Notes under the pieces: generated by a model
What the model saw: only the letters and a program-made list of their open reading frames with translations
The model's database searches: none
Told to the model about the DNA's origin: nothing
In this document: positions 12,437 to 23,677 of the stretch, one piece after another
How the letters are laid out: each line of letters starts with the position of its first letter
Numbering within the stretch: position 1 is the stretch's first letter
Position numbers and translations under genes: made by a program
DNA from: Phoronis australis
Taxonomy: Eukaryota; Animalia; Phoronida
Assembly: GCA_002633005.1 (NCBI GenBank)
Contig: NMRA01000808.1
Location: forward strand, 92,519 to 137,391
Length of the DNA stretch: 44,873 bases
Direction of reading: 5' to 3'

Positions 12437-14161
12437 TAATTCTTCTGTCTTCTTTGTTCGGACTTCTGTTGTTTTTTGCCTGGGAACGTCCGGGAGGCTG
12501 TCATCCCTAAAAATTCTCAGCAAGCAAGGGTGCAGTTCTTCTCCCAGTCTATGTCTGCCCGTTTTCTTTTGGGAGCGTGGCTCTTGGAGTGCACTGGTGG
12601 TCGTCGTTTAGGGTCTTTGTTAGCTGCCAGAGTTTCTCAGTGTCTTTATCCATGTTTAGAGAGCTGGTCTTCTCGTGCCAGGACTTGCGGATTTCTATTG
12701 TCGTTTTCTCATCAAATGCAGCTCTTGCTTTGTTGTAGATTGCTATGTTTTCCGGGGTTGGGTTTCTAAGTTACTTTCTGGTTGATGTTACTTGGTCATG
12801 GAGACTCTGTGGACGATCAATCCAGTATGGTTTTTAGTCTCTTCGTCTTCCCCTGGGAATGCTCTAGCGTGCTGCCTGGATGATGCAGTTGGAAATCCGC
12901 CTGACATTGGTGTTGATATCGTGCTTTGAGTCAATGGTGGCTTTTCTGCAGAGTGTGTCTGTCAGTTTTTTAAACTTCTTCCAGTTTGCCTTTTTGTAGT
13001 TCCATCTAGGCTTTTTTCTTGTGACGGAGGAGTGTTCTAGTAGTGAGAGCTTTAGTAGGACTGGTAGGTGGTCGCTCCCTCCTAATTGGATTGTGACAAT
13101 CCTGCTGCATATTTTGTGGCTTTCCTCTGTGGCTATAGCGAGGTCTGGAGTACTTGTCGTCTTCCAAGCTCGGGACAGGCAAGTTTGAGTGTTGTCCGGC
13201 TTGTTGATAAGGATGAGACAGTTGTCGATCATAAAGTCTTCAGTTTGTTCTCCTCTACTGTTCAGATCTTGATATCCCCAGCTTGGCGAGTGACCATTAA
13301 AGTCATCCAAAATGAGTAGGTCTTGATTTGACAGGGAAACGTTTGGAATTGCAGGTCTTTGTCAGGCGGACAGTAGCCGTTGATGATGATGATGATTTCT
13401 CTCCCTTGGAGCACAAATTTCACTGCGATAAATTCATTGTCTCCCACAGACCTCCTAATCTCTATCGCTTGAGATGGTGTTCCATACGAGGATAAGAATG
13501 CCTCCCTTGGACGATTGATTCTGTCATGTCGGAAGAGCTCGTAACCTGTGATGGAGAAGCGATGAGCATCTGGAAGGAGTGTCTCCTGGAAACAGATGAG
13601 GTCTACTTGTTCTCTACGGGGGAAATCTTGGAGCTCGGGTTTTTTCTTGCGAAGACCCTCAGCGTTCCACTGTGTGAAGACAAGCGGAGCAACTGATGAT
13701 TCCGACTGACTATGCTGGGTGGCTAGCATTGAGCTTTCCTGCCTTAGGTTGAGTCTTGGATTCGCCTCATCAGTCGCTAAAGGTGGGTCCTTTCAAGGTT
13801 GAGGACCTGGCGCTGTCACTACCTGGCAAACCACGGGACGAGCACCATACCGTCTAATATCTGTTTGCATGGCCATGATGGGTAAAAGGCATGCAACTCT
13901 GGTTCTCTTCTGCAGGGTAGGTGGTACAGTACAGAAGGTCTGCCCGCTGTCATTAGGCGAAATGCTCCGTCTTCGTGGCAGCACATGGTTTTATTTCGGA
14001 GTGCGCTTCTCCTAGACTGGTTGCCTTCCAAGGCTGATGAGCCTAATCTGCCCTGGTTTTAATGTGAGAGTTGGTCTTCTCGTAGGTGGCAGGAACAATG
14101 TTTTTATAGGATAAGTTAGTTGGCCTTACGCTCACCCCTAGTGACCCTAGGGAGTGTTTGG

Positions 14162-14306
14162 GGTGCATTTCGTCTGATCTCTAATTTTCTACCTGCCCGG
14201 CATGGGTAGCCCTGCCTAGAGTTATAAACTCCCGCTGGTACAGCTCTAGAGGCCACGAAAACACGCAAGCTGTTCCACCACGACAAGGCATACACCTCAG
14301 GAACAG
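14162..14306 (-). ncRNA. HDV-like self-cleaving ribozyme at the 5' end of the Ingi-like element
   Basis: Minus strand: P1 CUGUUCC/GGAACAG, P2 GGUGUAU/AUGCACC, P3 GCC/GGU, L3 UUGUCGU, J4/2 CGAA; nested double-pseudoknot order as in the L1Tc/Ingi ribozymes. Confidence 0.75.
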
Positions 14307-14880
14307 GGGATAATAATGAGAAGGGGTGTCGCCAACGAGAACAAGGGGCCTTTTTTCAGGATAACATTTACTGCACAAAGCAAACATTTCGAGAATACTT
14401 TCAGCTGACAATTTACTTTTTTCTTGTAGAAGTTACACATTTTCTGTAAAAAAGTAGTTCATATGGATATGGTTGTCACATACGTTGAACAGTATCAGCT
14501 TATCTGAAACTGCATGCAAAACCCGTCGTAGTACCAGCGTACACGCAGACTATATTCTACCGTGGGTACCAGAATTACGTTTTGCTCAACTGGTTTTTGA
14601 ATTTTGAGCTGGCCTTAACAAAAATAAATCTGGAATAGTATATTCTGTAACTTTTCTGCAAGAACCGTAACCACAAGTACATTATTTGGGTCTGAGTTAT
14701 TAAAATAACACTTAACATTAAGATCTGACGTAGTCCAAGATTTGTCTTAGGCTTCAAACGAAACTTATGTCAAAAACTCAAGTCTAACTTAGGATCACTT
14801 TCTTGGAACGGACAAGGCAAATGTAAGTTTTATCTTCAAATTCAAGATTAGTCTTAGCTCACTTAGCTCACTGTTGTGGT

Positions 14881-14997
14881 GATTACAATGGTATTAGGGA
14901 CTGTGATGCAGGTTGTTTGGCTGTAGCAGTGGCTGCCAGTAACAGGCTAGAGATCCTAGATCTGGAATTTACAGGCATTACAGATCTTGGGGCTAAG
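14881..14997 (+). pseudogene. LRRC73: Duplicated partial LRRC73 exon (pseudo-exon)
   Basis: 117-nt copy of 890-1006 (DYNGIRDCDAGCLAVAVAASNRLEILDLEFTGITDLGAK); donor retained, but the 5' half, the acceptor and the terminal exon are missing. Confidence 0.85.
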
Positions 14998-16324
14998 GTT
15001 GGTGTTATAAAGGACTTTTTGTTCAGTATATATTACCTTCGTGGCAATGACAAAGTAATTTGATCTCTAAACATCTAATTATGCTACAATTCATAATATT
15101 TTCTGCATTTCAAAAATCACAATTTATGGCAGTTGTGTGTCAAATTTTCTTATTTGTTCTTGTTTAACAGATTCAATTCATAACTTCTATAGAATCATAC
15201 GATATTTGTGCATTCCAATATTAAAAATCAAGACATATTCGCACCTTCAAGTGACAGAGAAACAATTCATCCTGCTTTTCATAGTTATACTAGGTCACAG
15301 TGCTATCGGATGATCCTCAAGATGCCCCTTGACGACACACTTGCATGTGAGCTGGAGCAAGTCCATCCCCCTTCCCACCCCCTTGTAGTCCCTCATCTGC
15401 CCTCGCCAAAGTAATTAGTCAAAAGCAACCTTTTGTGCTTGCTTTGAGGTCTCACTTTACTTGCATCAGACTACTAGTGAGGACTTGTTTTTCTTGACAT
15501 TGGACTTTCTTTACTAATGGGAGTGTCATACAATGAATCTAACACTCCCATGAATGCTTTTCTTTGCTGAATATTATGTGATCATACCTGCAATTAATTT
15601 AGAGTGTTTCTCCATATCGAAGCTGTAAAAACTGTGAACAATCCTGTCTGTTTGGCGAAGATCTTCGCAGATACAAAACATTTTGAAGCCAAGAGTCTGG
15701 GTGAGTTAAAAGTGATATTTACCTTGAGGAAACTTTTCCTCATTGGAAAACAATTTGTGGCACTGATAAAGCGGAATTTTGCATGATTTTTAAATATTTT
15801 TAGAGGGAATGAGCCTAGCATTTGATTCGAACTTAAAGGCGTAGGTTGCCTCAAAAGAGTCATGGTGTACTGCGAAATGTATATCAAATATTTGAACAAT
15901 TTGTGATAATATGCAAACAGGAATTAACCCATTTATGTATCAGAGTATCTAATATTTGCTTTTTTAAATTGAATTTACATTTCAGATGGGAAATTAATTA
16001 AAGCATTGCTGCACATGCTTCTCCTGTGTTCATATTTAATTAATTTTGCTTCCTTCGTGTTTTAGCTTTTTGAGCGTGGGAATTGTGCCACTAAAACACA
16101 AATTAATTAACAGATTCCGCATTATTTTTGATTGCGACCAATCCTGTGGAACGTGTTCTCTCGCCTGTTTGAGTTGGCAATACGATCATTTGCTTCTGCA
16201 TTAATTGTTTATTATAGTTATTTTATGAGCAATTAGCAACAAAGCAATTCTTCCTATTTCTAGAGTAAATCACGCCGTAGCTTTAGAAAAAATATGTTAC
16301 ACTAATTAGATCAACTATTATCCC

Positions 16325-17308
16325 ATACGCGTTGAATCTGTCGAGGGAAATACGGCCATGTAATGAAGTTTTCCGTATTCACCTCCCGCACTACTTCAAC
16401 AGTGACCTCTGACATGGAAAGTTCACTGAAAAGGTAGGTCATATGTCGACTCGACGTCTTCAGTCGGTTCGATACTCAAACTTTCCGAATATAGTTTAAA
16501 GTAATACAGTTGCAGCAGTGTAACTAACACTCGCCATGCACCCAGGTCCTAAACGTAAAATCTAGAACAAAACTATTAATTATAAGACACTTATGTCTCA
16601 GTTTTCAATTGCTGAATACTATATCGTCTGCGCCACTTAGGCGCCGATTCCTAGGAAATTAAAAAGAAGGTTGTTTTTTAAGTAGTTCCAGGAGATGTTA
16701 CAAGTTCACAGCACAGTTGCCGTTGTTTTCATCTTTGTTACCTCTTTTCAAGCAATAAATCGTTACTTTTAAAACTGTTTCTTTTACAAGAGACATACAT
16801 ATATAGGGTGTGATCCGCCATGTGAACAGTCTAAGTGAAGTATTTGAAAAATCTGCCGAAAAAATGTAAGAAACTTTGGAATTTGAAGCGCATGGGATAA
16901 ATTCAAAACGTACCTCGATTGGCGTACAAGAAGTAATATCCCACTCGATCTTATTGATGTCTCGTGGGATATTACTTCATGTACGCCACTCTCGGCACGT
17001 TTTGTGTATTTATCCAATACGCGTTGAATCAGCTGAGGGAAATACAGCCATGTAATAATGTTTTCTGTATTCACCTCCCGCACTACTTGAACAGCGACCT
17101 CTGACATGGAAAGTTCAAAAGGTAGGTCAATGTCGACTCGACATCGATAGCAGGTTCGATCATCAAACTTCCAGAAAATTGTTTAAAGTAATGCAATTTG
17201 AACAGTGTGAGTAACACTCAACATTCAATCAGGTCTCAATCCTAACATCCGGAACTGGACTGTTAATTATATGATGTTCTGTCTCAGTTTTCATTTGCTA
17301 AATATTAT
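16325..17308. repeat. Local direct repeat of about 295 bp (16325-16620 and 17017-17308)
   Basis: ATACGCGTTGAATC..GAGGGAAATAC.GCCATGTAAT...GTCTCAGTTTTCA.TTGCT present twice. Confidence 0.8.
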
Positions 17309-20300
17309 ACTCGGGTACCCAATGGTCGCCCGCCTAAGCATGAAACCGGCTTGTTGTCGTACTCACCCAATTATTCCATTTCAAAGTTATGCTCTGAATA
17401 GGATTTGATTTAACTCTCACGCTTTTCGGCAGCCATTTTACAATGACTCCTATAGTCGTCATATGCTGTCGCCCTTTGAAAGAACAGAAAACGACACAGA
17501 AAAAGGCCAAGAAAATAGTGGAAAGTGCTTTACAACAATTCTAGTTCAACCACAAACTATTCTACTGGTATGATATCGATTTTTAAATCGATTAAAATTG
17601 ATTCAGAATTTCAGTTCTTGAAAATAAATCGTGATTGTTTTACTCCAGATAGACCTTACTTATTTTCTATATGTGACCTCTTTATTTGATTTTTGCTCTT
17701 GTTGTTTTTAATACCAATTATCTATGCTGTCTTTCTTTTTCTTTTCAGTTTTCCTTCATTCTCTGTTAACATCTTGTCAGCCAAAACAAACTGTAACCCT
17801 TTAAGACTTGGTCGGCGGAAGTTGATCATTGAGCTTCGATGCACTTGTTCTAATAAATTACCCAATATCATATTGTTTGATTTTTTCTCACCTTCAACAG
17901 ATTTCTGCAATCATGAATAAATAAAAAAATAAATACTCAATTTACATTTGCATTTTATTGCTCAATCTCTTCTTTTATTTTTAATTATGCCATGCTCTGT
18001 TGTATGTAACAATGCAATATAGTGCAATAAAGTCAATGTTTTACTTTACTGGTGGCCACTCTCTTTCAATTCAAGTATTTTAACTTTCTTCAAATAAATC
18101 CAGAATGCCTGAACCAAAAATTTCAACATAAATGTTGAGCTCAGCACTGTGTTTTGCAATAAAAAACAAGTGGACAATATTTTGATGACGAATGCGTGAG
18201 CCGAAACTGTGTGTTGCATTTGTCTGCTGCGTTTTTCCATTGGCCTAACGGGTGTCGGTTGGTGCCTGGGACAAATAGATACATTGCATGTACAATATCT
18301 GGGTTGGTTTTTGTTCCGTCTGAAGATAATTTAATTTAGAAAATATTTTCTGAAAATGAACAAAAAAGTGCATTAGTAAAATCTACAAGATTTTAAGTGG
18401 TCTCAAAAAACAGTCGGTAAATGCACCGATTTTCCTCTCAGTTCTTCCATGCGTGTTTCTCCCGAGAGGCTAGTACCTAACGTGCAGACGAGCACTCTAG
18501 ATTGGAACGCTGAGTCCCGCGTGGCTGCGCTGCACGCGAAAGTAGATGGCGGACGACCATTGGAGCCTGACGACGATAGGTATCCCGACTATATATCGTC
18601 TGCAATTCAGGCGCCGATTCCACGGTAACTACAATATCAAATATTGTTGTTATTCAACTCTTAGGAGATGTTACAAGTTCAGTGCCATAGACATCTTCGG
18701 TCTCGGTCGATACGCGGAATGACGTCTCGTGGGATATTACTTCATGTTCGCCAGTCTCGGTACGTTTTGTTCTCTTCAGGGACTTTTGACCTTGGTGCAG
18801 AATATTAAAGTTACACATCGCCTTTGTTTAGCTTTCAATGTTTTAAGCTAAGCTTTTCGGTTTAAAACAATACCAAGCTCATCCGATCTTGTTTTTTTTT
18901 GCGAATGAGCCGGCAACTCAGGTTTCCAGGCACTTTTATTGTTGGTCAACCCTGTAAACTAGCGAAAAGTTCTCTCAGGTTGAGTCCCTTATGGTCTCCA
19001 TATTCTTGTTGCCCGTTAACGGAAATAACATCCTATCACGGTAGTCCGATTTTATGAAAACACAAGACATACAATTCGATAACTGGGCGACATGCTGTTG
19101 TAATTATGTTTATTTGTAGCCTTGGGGCAATATAGATTTTTACAAGAAGATGGCCTTGAGACAGTCGGCCCTTCGGGCTATAGTTTTTTTGATTGCCTCA
19201 TTTGTTATTCAGTGGATCTACGTCAACAGCTCTACTAAGCAAACCCTTGATTCGTAAGCTGGAATGCTGATTTGCAATCCAATGAAAATATTAGTAACAC
19301 CGGCGTTCTATGAGTAATCTACAGTTTCTAAGTGATAATTTCCTCCTTCATATGGCACAGCGAATTAAGTAAACGCATTATTACTTTCCGTCCACATCAG
19401 ACGTTTTTTCCACAGAAAACAACTACCTTGCATGTCTGTGATCAATTTTATTGCAATGTGCGCGTTTTACATACTAAAGGTAAAATTCTGTGAAGGCCTC
19501 CATCTAGTTGTATGCATTACAGTCCAATGAATAGGTGCTCGTTGCCGTGGATTTCACTTGGATTCAGAGTAGAGTCAGCTGTTGTAGTTGCGTGGTCCCT
19601 ATCCAGTTATCACGGATTAGTATAAGCTGCCACCATTAGCCTTACCGAATTCTGAAGGTAAAGGAACACATGAGTTACCTAAGCCTTCCAATAACCCACG
19701 CAAGTTGTTGATCACGAAAAGAATCTTTTACGGGCAATGGCCGCACCTACTTGTGTCGCTTTCAAAGATTGTTAATTTGCAAAGTTGAAAAAATGACCAA
19801 AAGTGGAGAGGCCCGGACCTCTTTGATTGGATCGCTTCGGGATCTATACGCCTTTCTCTGCTTTTCTGCGTTTCATCTTACAACGGATAAGGAGACAAAA
19901 TCAGATCCGAGAACATAAAATGTTACTACAAGGAATCTTCCTCAGTAAAAGTCTAGGGCTCATGTAAAAACGTAACAAGGACAGTAATATCTTCAAATGA
20001 AGGAAGGTAGACGAGATTTTCAACCAACAATCAAAGAGTACTATCACGTTAGACAGTGCTTGCACGTGAACAAAGAACGTTGTCAATCATTATTTGAACA
20101 AGTTAGATAAATACACTGGAGTAATTATGACAAGCAACATATTCCCTGCAAAATGTTCAAGAATATTAAGACATCACAGGCAAAGATTAAAAATACTGTC
20201 CCCCATCCCAACCCTTACTATATCCCGACAGCGTGACAATTACTGAAGCCGGCGTCCACATAACGCAAAGTTGTCGTGAGGACTCGATTGGGACCTCAGG

Positions 20301-23300
20301 GGTCTCACGCTCCACCGGCTAATTTGAAAAGGCTTTGTCCAGTCACGCGTTGTGGGTAATGAATCGAGATAATGATACCAACGGCCGACGCGACAAGCAG
20401 AACTACTTTCTTTTACTTCATTTGTGCACTAACTGGAGAAATTTAGAATTAGACTTTTAAACACTATCCGATCTTCAACTTTTTTCGGGAGACTTAAACC
20501 TCATTGTAGTTTGCGCAAAGACGATGTGCAATTTTGGAGGTGTATTGACGATGATCAACGTTAAAACGGAGAGCAAATAAGTGCGTAATTGATCATCCAA
20601 TCGGTAGTTTTGCGAGAAAGCGACGACCTTGCCGAAATTGAATGACGGAAACCCTTGAAAATCATTATAAGCAAGAAAGAGAAAACAAATATTTTCTGAC
20701 GTTTAGNCTGAAATTATAATTGTGTGACGTCACAATTTTTGTTTCAGGTTTTCGTTTCATTGGATTGTACCCGCGGAAAGCTATTCGATAATTAAAGTCT
20801 GTGTTTTCACTAGTGTGAACGGGGCTTCGGTTATATATCTCAAGACGTAATGTGCGTAAATGTACAAAAAAATTTCTAAATTAACAGAGTAATAGTCCAC
20901 TGGTTACGCTTATGATGGGATAATAATGAAAAGGGGTGTCACCAGCGAGAACAAGGGACCTTTTTATCGGGATAACATTTACTGCACAAAACCAACATTC
21001 CGCGAATACTCTCAGCTGACTATTTACTTTAATTTTTCTTTCATGACCAAATAAAAGATTTCTCTCCTTTCAAGTTACACATTTTCTGTAAAGAAATTCG
21101 TTGATGCATCAGCTAATCTCAAAGTGCATGCGAAACACGTCGTGGTACCCGCGGTACACGCAAATTATACATCAACCGTGGGTACCAGAGTTGTCACAAT
21201 TTGCAGCCGGTTTTTGGCATTTTGGGGTGATCTTAGGACAACAAATCCAAAAGAGTATTCTGTAACTTGTCTGCAAGTACTGTCACCACAATTACATTAC
21301 TTTTGGTCTGAAATATTAAAAATAACATTTAATATTAAGATCTGGCTGAGTCTAAGATTTGTTTCAACCTCCAAACTTTGAAACTTCCACATCCGGTAAG
21401 CCAAACTAAAGACAAAACTTAAGTAAAAAAAACTCAAGTCAAACTCACTCTCTTGGAATGGACTACAGATGGAGTGATAGGTAGGCTTATGACAAACAAG
21501 TTGTTAGTTCACTTTTTGCGTAGATACTGGCTTTCAAGCGTTCCTATACTTTTCCCTACTTTTTTGGCCTGTTCCTACTTTTCTTACTTTTTCTGAAATT
21601 CCTAATATCTACTACATTTCCTACGTTTTCTCATTGCACTAAAATTTCTGTCTAAGTTATGGAATAGCTGAGTGGTTATCAGGATCAGCATACAATGTAC
21701 TCCCTCCAGCATAAGCATTGCTAACCAACAGACTCTATAGTTGTTCAAACTTTTGAGTGCTGAAGGTTAGAGTGCTTAATTGTATTGTAAACCGCCTACC
21801 GTTGATGGAAAGGGGCGTCTTATATTGTACAATCCTGGCCATTGGTCCCTTGGGGATTCCAAAAGAGAACCCCAAAATCCATTTCATTAAAATTTCAAAA
21901 CATCCGTTTCGAGTTTATTTCATTCAAATCACCATTCAAATTAAAATGATGCAACTTTTAAAAGACGTGAAAATGCCAGGGGTTGTTAATTAAGACACCT
22001 ACTAATTAACGATCCATAAACAATTTATTTAAACTTTTTATTGCGTCCAAAATTCTTTTTCCAAAAGATAGTTTAGTCACTCTGGGCGCACCATATTCAC
22101 AACTTAAGACGTGATTTTCGTGGGGTTTGCAGACAAGATGGGAGTGTTTGGACTTCTAGGGAGACCAAGACCCCCAAAAAATAAACTTGAAGAGGAAATA
22201 CAGCAATTTTTATTTTGCTATCATGGATAAAACATTATTTAAAATGAACAGAAATACAACTGAACACATAAAAATCCTTGTGTTATTAGTTAAGACACAT
22301 ATTAATTGATGATCAGTTAATTCAAACTTGTAAGTGCGACAAAAGTTCAATTAATTCCCAAAAATAGTTAAGCAGCCTTGGACACCATATCCACAACTTA
22401 AGACGCATTTTTCCCTTGGGTTGGTAAAGAAGGGGGGTATTTGGACACCGACGGACAATAAGACCCTGATGTAGTAGGGTAACTTGTTATAGAAGGAACT
22501 GAACAGAAAAGAGACTCGAGCTTCACGAAACAACTTGAGAGGGAGTCGTTCAAACGAGAGCTACCTGTCTTTCTCACCAAGGACTGGTCGAGCAACTTCT
22601 ACAGTCCACTTCTATTTGGATGGGAAATGTATTTTTTTGGGGGAAGGGGGTGCTGGGAGAGTGCACTCGGTACTTCGTTGAAGATGTAGAAGTATGCACA
22701 GAATCAGTTCCATCTCTAAATTGTAATTGTTATTATTCTTGTCCTACTGAGGCCGACCGGCCCAAACCTCTGGAACTTTTGGTTTTTGTTGCGCCGTATT
22801 TTGTTTTCCCTTCACCGACGGGTCTCCTTAACTGCCACGGGCCCAGGGGCTCTGGGCTCTCCTGTCCACCCCCTCTCGACGCCCCTGGCCATGCAAATAA
22901 TTTAGTTTGCAACGTATTTTATCCAAACTACTTCGAGTATTCGTTGTGAAAACCACAATTTATTAGTTGAGACCGGTGGGTATTTGAAAAGAAATTGTGT
23001 TGGAAGAGTCGAGATCCTGAGATCCTGAAATCCTGAGATAATTAAGTCGGAATCTCGAGATCCTTAGATAATTAAAATAGAAACGTGCGATGTCATCTTT
23101 CGGCCACCGTAGAAACAACACGGAACGTGCGTCCCTCAAAAACAACAACTTTGTGTGTGGTCCAACAAGACAGGACTGAATTCAAGTGGAACACCGAAGC
23201 CAACTGTAGCAGTCATGCCCATGGAGGTTCAAGCAAATTATAGCCGCGGAGCGTCTGTTAAGGAACAGGATTTCTGGGAATCTTGTACAGGCAATTATGT

Positions 23301-23599
23301 TTGTTTAACTTGTGTGTGACACTACTCGAATCCAAATACATGTTCCTCTTGAAAATTAACCAGATAATAAAATTATTAGACGAACCAGACACATAGTTTC
23401 TGTCTCATTGAATTTTGAACGGCACCCTTTGCAAAGAACCGGTGACGTGTAATAAAATCATAAAAATATAGCAATCTTTGCTGTTTTATGATCAAATATA
23501 ATAACGTCAAGAAATCATCCCTACCCAGAATAAGTTCCCAAAAAGTTTTTCGTCGTAAAAACGATTGTGTCCCCTTAAACCATTAAAATGCTGCATTGA

Positions 23600-23677
23600 A
23601 AACTTTATGACGGGTCAAAAGACACGGGGTACGCTGCATTGAGAACTTTATGACGGGTCAAAAGACACGGGGTACGC
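23600..23677. repeat. Two-copy tandem repeat, about 43-bp period
   Basis: AACTTTATGACGGGTCAAAAGACACGGGGTACGCT occurs twice. Confidence 0.8.

Larger units (their letters stand above)
9185..14306 (-). mobile_element. Ingi-like (I-group) non-LTR retrotransposon, full length, frameshifted: APE endonuclease, RT, RNase H, C-terminal zinc knuckle
   Basis: APE: FTQWNAEGL..DLICFQET, DFNGHSPSWG, TPDL, GSDHLP. RT: YHPISLL..GKLMERMVNKRL, QSGFR, DLIKAFDRVW, GVPH. RNase H: VYTDGSA..NYRAE, LQWIPSHC. C-terminus RPCG..EHLLQSCP; stop at about 9214; (GAA)n tail at 9185-9192; target-site duplication approximately GGGGTA/GGGATA; empty site in the duplicate at about 20912-20926. Confidence 0.88.
14881..21460 (+). 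repeat. Second copy of a diverged tandem segmental duplication (copy 1 about 890-14870)
   Basis: Largely collinear matches: 890-1885/14881-15870, 3700-3965/15895-16190, 3970-5320/17310-18590, 5470-6695/18780-20105, 8980-9180/20720-20920, 14310-14810/20920-21460. Confidence 0.9.

Noticed and set aside
13793-13860. Possible 2A ribosome-skipping peptide (…VVTAPGPQP) upstream of the APE domain
   Set aside because: Lacks the D(V/I)ExNPGP consensus; only PGP matches
14034-14041. CTGATGAG hammerhead-like core (also CTGGTGA..GAAA near 24388)
   Set aside because: No stem II plus GAAA arrangement with flanking helices
20270-20322. tRNA/SINE-like fragment on the minus strand
   Set aside because: Too short and degenerate for a cloverleaf or clear A/B boxes
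23216-23291. Possible first exon MPMEVQANYSRGASVKEQDFWESCT
   Set aside because: No GT donor (only GC), no recognisable homology and no partner exons
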